Below, in pieces: positions 11,451 to 22,183 of a DNA stretch of 64,000 nucleotides. The stretch comes from Candidatus Uhrbacteria bacterium GW2011_GWC2_41_11 (GTDB lineage Bacteria > Patescibacteriota > Patescibacteriia > UBA9934 > GWF2-40-263): positions 14,501-78,500 of the forward strand of contig LCAH01000004.1 of assembly GCA_000996355.1 (NCBI GenBank). The letters are read 5' to 3'. The stretch's first letter is position 1. The number at the start of each line of letters is the position of its first letter. The notes below the pieces were generated by a model. That model did not search any database. It was not told the DNA's origin and saw nothing but the letters and a program-made list of their open reading frames with translations. The position numbers and the translations under genes were made by a program.

Positions 11451-14400
11451 ATGCGTTTGTGGCATCCAGGCACACGGAAGATCATAAGTGGTTTTTTCCT
11501 TACCGGAGGATTTCTTTTTTCATTCACACTCTTTTTTTGGTTGTTAAAACGTCCAGTATTAGCTGATGATAGTGGAAGTGAAGGGGGTGCACCTGCAGCT
11601 GTTACAGTATCAGAAACATCTTCTGCCGCAGCAGAAGGAGTTTCTAATCCAGCTGTTGATCCAGCTGCTCCTGCAAAAGCTGCGACAAAAGTAATTGAGA
11701 AGACACGTAAACAGATGATTGTTCCCATGCTGAAAGCGGCTTTTATTACTATTATCATCAATGTCACTCAATTTGTTTTGGATCGATTGGCCTATGATGC
11801 AGCCGTGTGGGTCGCAAGTGGTGGTAAAGGAGAAACCCCTCTCTTTCACGCAGACGGGGCACAAAATGCATGGGAAAAATTCGGTTTAGACGTTGCCGGG
11901 GAGGCGTTTGGTTCTTTTTCCCAGTCTTTGAACGGATATTTGGATGGAAATTTCAATTTGTGTGCGCCAACCACTCCACAGATTCGTCTTGGTCTCCAGC
12001 TTGGTGTGAAGGGAGTGTATCAACCACCGAAACCGAAATGTGATTGGGAATCCATTCAAAATAATTGGTCTGGATTTGTACAAGGAGTCGTTGATAAATC
12101 CGAAAATTTTGATCCAAATGCTTATGTGTTGAATACGGTTGCAAAAGGTTTACAGCCTGGTCAGAATGCGCTCTCTTACTCTATTGCGACAAATATAAAG
12201 ATTCACGGCAAGGTTCTCGAAAAGAAGCAGAATTTATTTGCGGAATATCTCAAAAGTGGAGGATTTAAAAATGTGACTGATGTTGTGACCGGAGCTGTAA
12301 AAACGCCATCGTCTTTGGTACAAAATCAGCTTCAGACTCAATTAACAGAAACTCAACAAAAAGGACGGGAATTTTCTTTTACCGCAGCGATCAGTAATGC
12401 AGAGTTATGGCAGACAGTTGGACTCCATACTTTATCTGTTTTTTTTAATACGCTTCTTTCTCAAGGACTCCAGAAACTTTATAATGGACTTCTTCCATCA
12501 CAAGACATTGAATTTGATCCATTTAATGAACAGAGTGCAAACATCCGCGGTCGTGAAGCAGCTGCAGAAGAATTTGCAGGTCTTATTTCAACCATTCCTT
12601 CTGTTATTGATCAATACAATGTTTTAACTGAATTTGTCGTATGTCCCACGGCTCCGGCGGTACGTCAAATCAATAATTGTGTTTTAGATGCTTCGTTTGC
12701 GGAAGCAATTGTGCGTTCAGACACATCTGAATCCTTGACGGTTGCTCAAGCAATGGAAAATGGTTTGTTGCATGGAAGCTGGCCACTTTATCGTTCAGAT
12801 GATTTGACACATAATCAGGATTTATTCTGCCATACGTATGGATATTGTTATGGAAATTTAGTGAAATTGCGCAAGGCACGTATTCTTCCTGTTGGATGGG
12901 AATTGGCTGCTGAATCTCCCCAAAATAAAAGTTCGAATCCTGTAACGCTTGAACAAGTTGTTGCCGGATTTGAAGAATGTGACAGTGATGGAAAATTGAG
13001 TGCAGATCACCCATGGTGTCATTTGATTGATCCAAATTGGGTTTTGAAATATCCGAAAACACAATGCTTGGCTTCGGTTGTTGGGGAACAGCTTGTGAGT
13101 ACGCTTTCGATAGGTCGTTCCGGAACTTGTGTGGATACGCCAAGTTGTGTGAGTGAAAATGAGGATGGCATTTGTTCCGGGTATGGATATTGTGTGCGTG
13201 AAAAAAATACTTGGCGTTTTGATGGAGATGAATGTCCGGAACAGTTCGCATCCTGTCTTGCTTTTACTAATGCGGAAACAAGTGAAACAGGAGCCTGGCT
13301 TTTGAGTACTCTGGATTTTGGGGTTTGTTCTCAAGGAAATGCAGGATGCTTGTGGTATCGAACACAAAAACATTTGAATGATGGGGGAACACCGGATGAT
13401 AAAAGCGACGATACGTACGAATGGTTACCCGAAGACGACATTTTTGTGACTTCTGATCGAGAAAATGATGTTTTGACTTTCGATGTTGCAGGAAATCGGA
13501 CAAATCGCACGACCTATTCCTATGATACGGATGAAAATGGAATAGATGATCTTTCCTATGAAACGTATACATTTGAGGATCGAATGTATTTGAACAATCA
13601 AATTCAGGAATGTTCGGAATCCGAGGCGGGTTGTACAGAACTTTATCCAATTAGAGAAGGACTTTCCTTGAATATTTTACGAAATCCAAGTTTTGAGGAT
13701 GATGAAGATAAGAATCATTTGGCTGATTCTTGGGAAATTTTCGGGACCAAAGATGTTCATTATTCGTATGATGAAGAAGGATCAAATGCTTTTCATGGAA
13801 CAGATGCGTATAAGTTTGATGGAGGAACAGCAAGCCAATTGGCCATCCCTCTTCAACAGAATCAGTTTTATACGCTTTCCTTTTATGCAAAAGGAGTGAC
13901 GAGTGCGGCTTCGGCAACCGCTGCATTAAAATTTGTTGCTTCAGATAACACAGCGATTGATTTTACCGGATATACAACCAATTGTACTGTTGCTGGAGAT
14001 ACTGTGAGTTTACAAGCAAGTGAAATTGATACAGAGGATTTTGAGAGTTTTGACTGCGCATTTACCACCCCTATTTTGAACGATTCACGTTTAGGTATTG
14101 TGGCAACGCTGACGTTTAAAAATATGGCGGATGTTTATGTGGACGCCATACAGTTAGAAATAGGAGAAAATGCTTCAAATTTTCATGACAGATATAGTGA
14201 AAATAATCCGGATGTTGTTTACAATCGCGTGGCCCCGAGTTGGCTTGGATGTACGGGAAATGCAACAGATCCAAAAGAATGTGAAGATTATGCGACGTTC
14301 TGTTCTGCAACAGAGATTGGATGTTCTTTGTATACTCCAAAAGATGGAGATCCGAATGTTCCGGCTGTTTTGACGCAAACCGATCAATGTCCGGATGAAT

Positions 14401-17400
14401 GTGTCGGATATGCTGCCTTTAAACAGGAAGCAACTTCCTATGATGCAGAAGAATTTCCTGTGTATTTAATTTCAGATACAGCTGTTGCGTGCAGTGAACA
14501 GGAAGTTGGGTGTGATGAGTTTACCAATTTAGAAACAGAAGAAACACAAGCCTATTCAACTTTGCGTGCATGTGTGACTCCGGACATGATTTCTTCTGAG
14601 AACAATGCTGTTTTTTTCACTTGGCAGGGGTCGGATCTTACCGGATATCAACTCGTTTCGTATCAACTCCTTCGTTCTGATTTAACGGGAGGTGATATTA
14701 GTTATACGCAAGATACAGATGAAGATGGCACGTTTGATACAAAAGATTCTGGGTATACAGAAACGATTTTCAATGACACAACTCCAGAAGTTGCCCCTTG
14801 TACAAATTGGGATGTGACTTCTGAATCCAAACTTTCCTGTGTGGATGATGTGATTGTGTTGGCAGCTGATGATGGATGTAATGAACATGCAGATATTTTT
14901 ACAGAACCGGATTGCCGCGAATTTTATGATGAACTTGGAAATATTCATTATCGTCGGTATTCAGAAACTATTTCTGTCCGGGAAGAATGTACAGCTTTCC
15001 GTAAAACAGATGCGAATCAGACCGATTGTGATGCGTCTGGTGGATATTGGACAGCAGGCGGGGAATGCCGGTACTTTGCTTGGCCTGCAGAAAGTACGTC
15101 TTGTTCTGAAACAGCCGTCGGGTGTCGTTCGTATACAGGAGGAGCTGGTCGAAATTCTACAACGGTGTATGAAGATTTATTCGAGAATGGACAATTGGTT
15201 GCATATGAAACAGCGAGTGGAACAACAATTTCGCTTAGTAACGAATCTGTTGCCACTGATGGACACTCAATGCGGGTTGTTATGGGCTCTTCGAGTTCGC
15301 TTTCAACCTTCCAGATTTATTTGAACACATCAGATAAAACGATGACATACAATAAAGATGATTCAGGTACTTGTGGAGATACGAATGGGGACGGAGTCTC
15401 TGACAAATCTGATCGAAACATATCGAACAACGGATGTGCAATAGATGCAGATGGTGATGGAACTTTTGATTGTACCATTGCTGATGGTGATAATTCTTGT
15501 GGAGCATTGGATGATCAACTTGTCCAGGGAAAGAGTTATATTCTTTCTTTCTGGGCAAAAGGAACTGGCAGTATCAAAACAGATTTTGTGACACAAAGTG
15601 GAACAGGAACGGTGTATGATCTTGTTGATCCAAATGATGGAGAAGGAGATTCAGATTCACTTAGTCTTGATGGAAGTTGGCAATTGTATGAACTCGGTCC
15701 GCTTGATACCACAGACATGACGGATTTTGATGATACGGCCATTCTTCGCTGGAGTGCGGGAGTTGGGACAACTTTTTATCTCGATAATATTGTCCTGAAA
15801 GCTGTTGAAGAAAATGTCACCCTGATTAAAGATTCCTGGGTCACACCTTCCATATGCGACAAAACTCCTGCCGGAGCAGATACTCCTCAGTATTATTTAG
15901 GTTGCGAGGCCTATACGGACCAGAATGGAGATACTGTTTCTGTGTATCAATTCAACAATCTTTGTTCAGAGTCTGCGGTCGGATGCGCATCTTTTTATCA
16001 AACACAAAATTCCACTTCGCCGTATACACAAGTTTTTAATGGAACCTGTTATATATCTGTTGATAAAGATGGAGATGGAATCTTTTCGTTCCAGGCTTTA
16101 AATTTGGAAGAAGATATTGTGTCTCAAGCCACTGACTGCGAATTGGAAGGAGAAACGGTTTGTACAATCCTTTCTGGAAGCAATCAGTGTCAGTTTACTC
16201 TTGACCGCGAATTACCAATTCCTTATCCAATGAATATTGTCCTTGGTCCTGAAACAGTTGTTGTTCCAGCAGATAAAGTTGTTTACCTGATTGAAGATGA
16301 CGAAACAACATGCACAGAATCCAATGCGGGTTGTACGGAGGTTGGTATTCCAACGTTTAGTCAAGATCATACAGCTGTGGAGAGTCTCGTCTCTACCTAT
16401 ATTTTGAATCTTCCTGATACGTATGCAGATATTCTGTGTTCAAATGAGGCACTTTTTTGTGCAGAATGGGCATCCACAGAAAATGGAAATTATTATTTCA
16501 AAAATCCAGGTGATCAAGCTTGTGAATATAAGACAGGTGTTTCTTTGAACGGAGTGAGTTATAGCGGATGGTTCCGAACCGGAACAACCCAGTTTTGTTA
16601 TGGAACAGGCTCATGTTCAGGTAACTCATCTCTTTCCTGTACGAATGATGCAGATTGTATAAAGACAGATGCAGGAACGTGTAATGTAACCACTGGTTCC
16701 TACATTCAAGGCGGAGACTATTCAGGTATTTGGTTTAATGGAGATACGAGATATGAAGGATGGACAGGCGAATGTGAAAGTCAATATGATTTGTGTACGG
16801 AGTTTGTCGATCCTGTTGATACAAGTGAAGGAGAACGTGATAGCGGAACCTCGTATTTTTTCTTGGATAATTCCAGTTTGAATGAAGAAACACTTGCTGC
16901 TTCAGAACGTTGCAAAGGTCAGGTAAGTCTCACTTCCGGTTGTGCCTTGTTTGATGATCTTGTAGATCAGGAACTCACGTACTCTGCCTCCCCAAGCTAT
17001 CTTGTTTCTGAACATGCAGATCTTTTCTTTGGAGAAAGTCCGCGTTCGCTTCAAAATCCGATTTCTTGCCCAGAGAACGGAACATTTACTCTCACAACTG
17101 GAATAAAAGTCGATGTCTGTGCCAATCGGTGTGCCTATGAAGTGAATACAGACGAAGAGCTTGAAAATGTGGCTGCCATCGAAGGTCCAAGTGATCAGAT
17201 AACAACAATTTTTTTCGGTCAGGCATGTTTGACAAATCTTGATTGTCCCATGGCTGAGGATTCGCTTGGAAACGAAGTGGAAGGTTCCTGTTTTAATTTG
17301 AAAACAGATCAGAATGGCGATGGAGTGATTGACACAACGTTTGATGCAGATGCAAATGGAAGTCTTGATGCGAGTTATGATGCGAATGGAGATGGGGTGG

Positions 17401-20400
17401 TTGATTATCTTTTTGTCAATGATACAAATCGCATGTTAAAAGTTTCACGTGATCGTGCATGTGCTGAATGGCTTGCGTGTGAAAGTTCTCAGCGAACGTG
17501 GGATGAAAATACAGCTTCTTGGCGTTCTATTTGTGAGCAGGTAAATCTTTGTAATGAATTTAGTGCGATTGGTGAATCCGGATTCTGTTCCCATTGGGTC
17601 GAGGAAGATCCAATCGTGTTTGACGCGAGTAAATATTCTGCCCGAGACGTTTCTTGGTACGGACTCGACTATTCTGGATATGCAATTCCAAATCAGCTTC
17701 CACTTGAATTTTATACGCAGGCAAACGTGAATCCAGATCGGTACTGTGCGACCGATGCAACAGGTCTTCATCCTCAGATGACTTCTGTTGGAGCATTTGT
17801 GGCATGTGCAACAGATGCAGATTGTACGAATAGTTCTTTTAAAACATGTACTGAGAGTACACCGGATTTTCGATTGGCCTATGTGGCTGGTTCATGCGAC
17901 GAAGAGGATGGACAATCATGTATGGTGGGATTTTGTCAAAATTCCGGTGAATCGTGCAACGGAAACGAAGAATGCAATAATGGAGAAAATTGTATTATTG
18001 GATATTGCGAAACAACGGATGTAGATGCTTCCTGCGGTAAGGATACAGACTGTATTTCTGGTTTTGAATGCAAAAATAGCATTTGTGTGGATACAAAAAC
18101 CGGATCAGGAGATGGACGAGAAACGTGTACAACAATTGCTGATTGTACAGTCAGTGGGACAGAAGGTACGGTGACTGAATGTGTAACAGGGGCATTGGCA
18201 AAAGTGGGGGCGTGTTATAACAGCTCTTGTTTGATTGGAGTTGATGGACAACCATTTGTAAAAGATGATGCAGAATCGCAATCTTGTCGCGGGTATCCGG
18301 AATCAAGTTCTCCGTTTCCAACAAAAGTAGTAAAAGAGTGGATGGATCCTGACAAATTGGTTGATGGTGCCAGCGATGCGGATCTTCTTTCTTTGGAACA
18401 AGTGGATCATAAAGAAGAATTAGATGCAGTTCCATATAATTATGTGAACGGTTTTTCCGGATCTTCAACCTGTGCACCAACGATGTCTGGAGCGGATGGA
18501 GCTGTTGTTTCTGATGATTGTACTTGTTCGTATCTAAAGGCAAATTATGGTAATGGTTTTTTCCAGCGTTACTATCCGACCGGAACCGCATCGGAAGAAA
18601 TGTTATCCGGTATTTGTTCAGGCGGAGATAAACCAGGTGCATCCTGCGTTTCAAATGAAGACTGTGGTGCCGCGGAAAGCGGAGCTATGTGTTATCACAT
18701 AACCCGTCAGGATCGCATGATCGGCTGGCCAGGATTCTGTGTAGAACGAGACAGTTCCATTCAATTGTATGGAAGTACGAGCGAAGCGGATCGTGCGTGT
18801 CTTACCTGGTTACCTGTGGATCAGCTTGAGGGATCAACAGATATTTATGCGAAATATACAGGAGCCGGTTATCCGTTGCAGGAAACGTTTTATTGTACAG
18901 AGATTGGATATTATGTTGATCTGTATCCGACCGGTGCGCGGTTTGATGATGAAGGAAGTGTGACTTCGATTGATTACGCGTGCGCGCAAACAAACAATGC
19001 TACAGGCTGTGATTTTGGTGAATATGGAGATGATTCCGATGAAAATATTGGATGTCAAGAAAATGTCTTTTGTCCAAAAGGATACGTGGCTATGCTTGGA
19101 TATTGCGATAATGGAGGCGGAACAACAGAAAATACAAATGCGGGAACCATGTGTAAAAGCGATGGCGAGGATGAAAAACAAATAGACGGAGCACAAGATT
19201 CTCAGGATGATTGTCCATTTTTCTGCATTCCGACAGGAAGCAGACATATGGAAGGAAGTGATCTTGGAAAGAGTTGTGATACGGATTTGAAAACAACCAA
19301 CTATCATACAAGATCCTATAACAACACAAAAATGTACGAAGCAGGTGATTTGGGATATGTGCCAAATTTTGATGGAGAAAGCGATTTCAAGAAATTTGAG
19401 GATTGTGTTGTTCGCGGTATACCGTTAGGAGATGATTCTGTCTATGAAACAGACTACGTGGATGGATTGTTTGATGGTTTTAGCTCAGGTGGATACGGAT
19501 ACAAACACACAGATGCAGAAGGAAGCGGAGAGGGGGATGAAGAAATTTATGCTTTTGGCATTGCTCACCGTGCGGTTGGTGCTACGATCGGAGGGTGTAC
19601 GAGTTATTCCATTTCGCATGGAGGTGGAAGAGGGTCTCCTCCTCCTACATTTTATAAGGGAGGAGAATCATGTAACACCGATACAGACTGTCCGGGATAT
19701 AATAATGGTTCAATGTGTGAAACAAGTCCTGAGACGGATAGCGGTTCCATGCAGGAATATCTTGGGTGTTACCAAGTGACGCAAGTTTCTACAACTTCTC
19801 AGACAGATGGAAACAAAGCCTGGACGAATCGTACTTGGGATGGAAATCCTAATATGTTTGAAACATTCACTTCAGGTGATTTTTCGGATGGATCAAAAGG
19901 GTATGGATATGGATCATTGGATGAACCTGTGGAAGCCGGTCGTGCGCTGTTTGGAGAATATTATCAACAGGATGGAGATTATTGGCGTTTAGAAAATTTT
20001 GGGGATGATTCTTGGCCTCTTCCCGTTGGTGTTTGTGATTCATCATCACTTACTTCTGGAGCTGTTGGTCTTGCCGCCTCTTCCCCTGATGATATGGCTG
20101 TCTGTGCGAATAAATATTTCTATCCAAACAAAGCGCAATATATTTATGATGGAACATTGACCAAATCCATTTTACCGGATGATCAGGCACCGTATGCACT
20201 TGCGGCCCCATATGAAGATTTGGATCGTAACCCGGATGAGGAAGACGCGATTCTCGGTTCTATTTCCGCGGACAATTTTGATGATTTTGGTGTGAGTTCG
20301 AATGACAATCCTGTGAGTATCACGCAATTGCTTACCCAACTGTACGCCAAGATATACGGTTTATGGCGATATGATTGGGATGCGAGTGGTGGTGGATATA

Positions 20401-21266
20401 AAAAAGAGGAACTGGATGCGAAAATTTCGAGTTTTGCATCCTATAGTGATGGAGAATATGATATTTCAAATGTGGGAGATACACATGGATCAGGTGCAAA
20501 CCTGGGTGAACCCACTGTTCCACAAATTGCCTCGGTTCAAGAATGTTTTGGAAGTGAATGTGTGGAAGGGGATACCGGATCATTTTCTGTGAATGAAATA
20601 GATAATGGAACTGTAGAAGGAAGCGGAGGAAACAAGCATACTTCACTTAAGTTTTTTGCCTGGGCAAATTCGAACCAGATGCCGATTCGTAATGTGATTG
20701 TGGACTGGGGTGATGGCAAGCGTGAAGGATCTTACGAGGGCTTTGCCTGGCCGCTTGATAGCCAATCCGGAAGTATTGCCAAAGATAACTTTTTCAAAAA
20801 TCATCGCGGGCTTGAAAAAGAAAATGAATCCAAGTGTGAAGCAGTAGATGAATGGGGACTGATAAGCGCCACATGCGAAACCACTTACTTCAGTTTTGAG
20901 CATGATTATCAATGTTCAGAAAATAAAGTGAAGGAAATGCAAAATGGAAATATTCTTTGTGAATATGCTTCGGATGGCAGTGGACGACTTGTGAATTCAC
21001 CATGTACAGGTGGAGATGTAGCTAATGCTGCAGACAAGTGTGTATTTCAGCCACGTATATTTGTAAAAGATAATTGGGGCTGGTGTACCGGATTCTGCAA
21101 TTCGAATCCGGATGATGCAACGGATGGATGCTATGGAAGTGAGTGCAACTTTACGTATTGTCCGAGTTATAAGAAATCTGAAAAATGTTCGGATATCGAT
21201 GGAAATATAACAAATCCTTGGGTAAATTTTGGTGGGTTGATTCTTTTGGATTGGAAAGGTGATTAA
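11451..21266 (+). CDS. Giant (3271 aa) exported Cys/Asp-rich surface protein with two CBM-like domains and a PKD-like C-terminus
   Basis: N-terminal hydrophobic segments; recurrent C..xxxxGC modules; NPSFE/YTLSFYAKG/VDAIQLE; YILSFWAKG/LDNIVL; DxDxDG motifs; VDWGDG. Confidence 0.85.
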   Translation: MRLWHPGTRKIISGFFLTGGFLFSFTLFFWLLKRPVLADDSGSEGGAPAAVTVSETSSAAAEGVSNPAVDPAAPAKAATKVIEKTRKQMIVPMLKAAFITIIINVTQFVLDRLAYDAAVWVASGGKGETPLFHADGAQNAWEKFGLDVAGEAFGSFSQSLNGYLDGNFNLCAPTTPQIRLGLQLGVKGVYQPPKPKCDWESIQNNWSGFVQGVVDKSENFDPNAYVLNTVAKGLQPGQNALSYSIATNIKIHGKVLEKKQNLFAEYLKSGGFKNVTDVVTGAVKTPSSLVQNQLQTQLTETQQKGREFSFTAAISNAELWQTVGLHTLSVFFNTLLSQGLQKLYNGLLPSQDIEFDPFNEQSANIRGREAAAEEFAGLISTIPSVIDQYNVLTEFVVCPTAPAVRQINNCVLDASFAEAIVRSDTSESLTVAQAMENGLLHGSWPLYRSDDLTHNQDLFCHTYGYCYGNLVKLRKARILPVGWELAAESPQNKSSNPVTLEQVVAGFEECDSDGKLSADHPWCHLIDPNWVLKYPKTQCLASVVGEQLVSTLSIGRSGTCVDTPSCVSENEDGICSGYGYCVREKNTWRFDGDECPEQFASCLAFTNAETSETGAWLLSTLDFGVCSQGNAGCLWYRTQKHLNDGGTPDDKSDDTYEWLPEDDIFVTSDRENDVLTFDVAGNRTNRTTYSYDTDENGIDDLSYETYTFEDRMYLNNQIQECSESEAGCTELYPIREGLSLNILRNPSFEDDEDKNHLADSWEIFGTKDVHYSYDEEGSNAFHGTDAYKFDGGTASQLAIPLQQNQFYTLSFYAKGVTSAASATAALKFVASDNTAIDFTGYTTNCTVAGDTVSLQASEIDTEDFESFDCAFTTPILNDSRLGIVATLTFKNMADVYVDAIQLEIGENASNFHDRYSENNPDVVYNRVAPSWLGCTGNATDPKECEDYATFCSATEIGCSLYTPKDGDPNVPAVLTQTDQCPDECVGYAAFKQEATSYDAEEFPVYLISDTAVACSEQEVGCDEFTNLETEETQAYSTLRACVTPDMISSENNAVFFTWQGSDLTGYQLVSYQLLRSDLTGGDISYTQDTDEDGTFDTKDSGYTETIFNDTTPEVAPCTNWDVTSESKLSCVDDVIVLAADDGCNEHADIFTEPDCREFYDELGNIHYRRYSETISVREECTAFRKTDANQTDCDASGGYWTAGGECRYFAWPAESTSCSETAVGCRSYTGGAGRNSTTVYEDLFENGQLVAYETASGTTISLSNESVATDGHSMRVVMGSSSSLSTFQIYLNTSDKTMTYNKDDSGTCGDTNGDGVSDKSDRNISNNGCAIDADGDGTFDCTIADGDNSCGALDDQLVQGKSYILSFWAKGTGSIKTDFVTQSGTGTVYDLVDPNDGEGDSDSLSLDGSWQLYELGPLDTTDMTDFDDTAILRWSAGVGTTFYLDNIVLKAVEENVTLIKDSWVTPSICDKTPAGADTPQYYLGCEAYTDQNGDTVSVYQFNNLCSESAVGCASFYQTQNSTSPYTQVFNGTCYISVDKDGDGIFSFQALNLEEDIVSQATDCELEGETVCTILSGSNQCQFTLDRELPIPYPMNIVLGPETVVVPADKVVYLIEDDETTCTESNAGCTEVGIPTFSQDHTAVESLVSTYILNLPDTYADILCSNEALFCAEWASTENGNYYFKNPGDQACEYKTGVSLNGVSYSGWFRTGTTQFCYGTGSCSGNSSLSCTNDADCIKTDAGTCNVTTGSYIQGGDYSGIWFNGDTRYEGWTGECESQYDLCTEFVDPVDTSEGERDSGTSYFFLDNSSLNEETLAASERCKGQVSLTSGCALFDDLVDQELTYSASPSYLVSEHADLFFGESPRSLQNPISCPENGTFTLTTGIKVDVCANRCAYEVNTDEELENVAAIEGPSDQITTIFFGQACLTNLDCPMAEDSLGNEVEGSCFNLKTDQNGDGVIDTTFDADANGSLDASYDANGDGVVDYLFVNDTNRMLKVSRDRACAEWLACESSQRTWDENTASWRSICEQVNLCNEFSAIGESGFCSHWVEEDPIVFDASKYSARDVSWYGLDYSGYAIPNQLPLEFYTQANVNPDRYCATDATGLHPQMTSVGAFVACATDADCTNSSFKTCTESTPDFRLAYVAGSCDEEDGQSCMVGFCQNSGESCNGNEECNNGENCIIGYCETTDVDASCGKDTDCISGFECKNSICVDTKTGSGDGRETCTTIADCTVSGTEGTVTECVTGALAKVGACYNSSCLIGVDGQPFVKDDAESQSCRGYPESSSPFPTKVVKEWMDPDKLVDGASDADLLSLEQVDHKEELDAVPYNYVNGFSGSSTCAPTMSGADGAVVSDDCTCSYLKANYGNGFFQRYYPTGTASEEMLSGICSGGDKPGASCVSNEDCGAAESGAMCYHITRQDRMIGWPGFCVERDSSIQLYGSTSEADRACLTWLPVDQLEGSTDIYAKYTGAGYPLQETFYCTEIGYYVDLYPTGARFDDEGSVTSIDYACAQTNNATGCDFGEYGDDSDENIGCQENVFCPKGYVAMLGYCDNGGGTTENTNAGTMCKSDGEDEKQIDGAQDSQDDCPFFCIPTGSRHMEGSDLGKSCDTDLKTTNYHTRSYNNTKMYEAGDLGYVPNFDGESDFKKFEDCVVRGIPLGDDSVYETDYVDGLFDGFSSGGYGYKHTDAEGSGEGDEEIYAFGIAHRAVGATIGGCTSYSISHGGGRGSPPPTFYKGGESCNTDTDCPGYNNGSMCETSPETDSGSMQEYLGCYQVTQVSTTSQTDGNKAWTNRTWDGNPNMFETFTSGDFSDGSKGYGYGSLDEPVEAGRALFGEYYQQDGDYWRLENFGDDSWPLPVGVCDSSSLTSGAVGLAASSPDDMAVCANKYFYPNKAQYIYDGTLTKSILPDDQAPYALAAPYEDLDRNPDEEDAILGSISADNFDDFGVSSNDNPVSITQLLTQLYAKIYGLWRYDWDASGGGYKKEELDAKISSFASYSDGEYDISNVGDTHGSGANLGEPTVPQIASVQECFGSECVEGDTGSFSVNEIDNGTVEGSGGNKHTSLKFFAWANSNQMPIRNVIVDWGDGKREGSYEGFAWPLDSQSGSIAKDNFFKNHRGLEKENESKCEAVDEWGLISATCETTYFSFEHDYQCSENKVKEMQNGNILCEYASDGSGRLVNSPCTGGDVANAADKCVFQPRIFVKDNWGWCTGFCNSNPDDATDGCYGSECNFTYCPSYKKSEKCSDIDGNITNPWVNFGGLILLDWKGD

Positions 21267-21272
21267 ATTATC

Positions 21273-21397
21273 TGGGGCTCTGCCCCAACATCCTGACCTA
21301 TTTTCTTGTGCTTGCCCAAAGAAAATGGGTGAAAAGAAAGGATATTCCGAAGCTTTAGCAAAGGTGGATCGGATAGACCTCGCTCGGGCTTCGGGGA
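21273..21397. repeat. REP-like multi-hairpin palindromic element
   Basis: TGGGGC-tct-GCCCCA; ACCTATTTTCTT..AAGAAAATGGGT; TCCGAAGCT..GGCTTCGGG. Confidence 0.5.
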
Positions 21398-21484
21398 AGG
21401 ATTGGATTGGTGTTTGAATTGTGAATGGTAATATAGAAAATTTTGATAAAAAAATTCAGGCAGTGATGTCTGAATTTTTTGAAC

Positions 21485-21511
21485 AAAAAAAGCGACGGGA
21501 GTTTCCGTCGC
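21485..21511 (-). terminator. Terminator of the minus-strand lipoprotein gene
   Basis: A7-GCGACGG-gagttt-CCGTCGC. Confidence 0.75.
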
Positions 21512-21517
21512 ACTGAT

Positions 21518-22183
21518 TTATTCGTCGAGGCTGAGAATCATATCTGAGACCATCGTATCATCGACATCGAATCGATAGTAGTAGATAGTCTTGAGATCAT
21601 CCTCGATTTCTCCTTTGATATAACCACCATCATCAAGAACACCATAGAAGGTGTTTAATGAAATGATGGCATCAACACTGAATCCATCAAGGACAAGTTC
21701 GTCGAAACCATCGTTATCAATGTCGTAGATGATCGTTGTGATTTTCCATTCCCAGTCATCTTCGTCAAGATAGATTTCATCTGGTGCCAGTCCGAACTGG
21801 TCAGACGCCCAGGATGCCTTGTAGATCGCCCCATTCTCGGAAACCTTTGCCTCGAGCTCGACAGCTCGATAGTTTGTCTTTTGTCCGAGCACCTCATATG
21901 TTCCGGACTCAGAGACGGTAACCAAGCACTCGATCCCGGCCTTGCAGGACGAGACGAGTTCATCGTTTACCACGAACCCTTCGACCTGAATCGGAGCCGT
22001 GATGTTGATCTTCGCCGAGAAGGCGGTCGAAGTCGAATCATCATCGTCTCCCGACTGGGTCGGGGTGGGGGTGAGGTTGCCCACCTGATCGTCATCGTCA
22101 TTCGCATTGCCACCATCGAAGAGCCCGCACCCTCCCAAAAAGAGGGCGAGGGTCAGAAGGAACCACTTTCCTGTGGTCTTCAT
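21518..22183 (-). CDS. Acidic lipoprotein, more GC-rich than its flanks
   Basis: ATG 22183 with GGAGG SD; lipobox LGGC; Asp/Thr-Pro linker. Confidence 0.8.
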   Translation of the reverse strand: MKTTGKWFLLTLALFLGGCGLFDGGNANDDDDQVGNLTPTPTQSGDDDDSTSTAFSAKINITAPIQVEGFVVNDELVSSCKAGIECLVTVSESGTYEVLGQKTNYRAVELEAKVSENGAIYKASWASDQFGLAPDEIYLDEDDWEWKITTIIYDIDNDGFDELVLDGFSVDAIISLNTFYGVLDDGGYIKGEIEDDLKTIYYYRFDVDDTMVSDMILSLDE

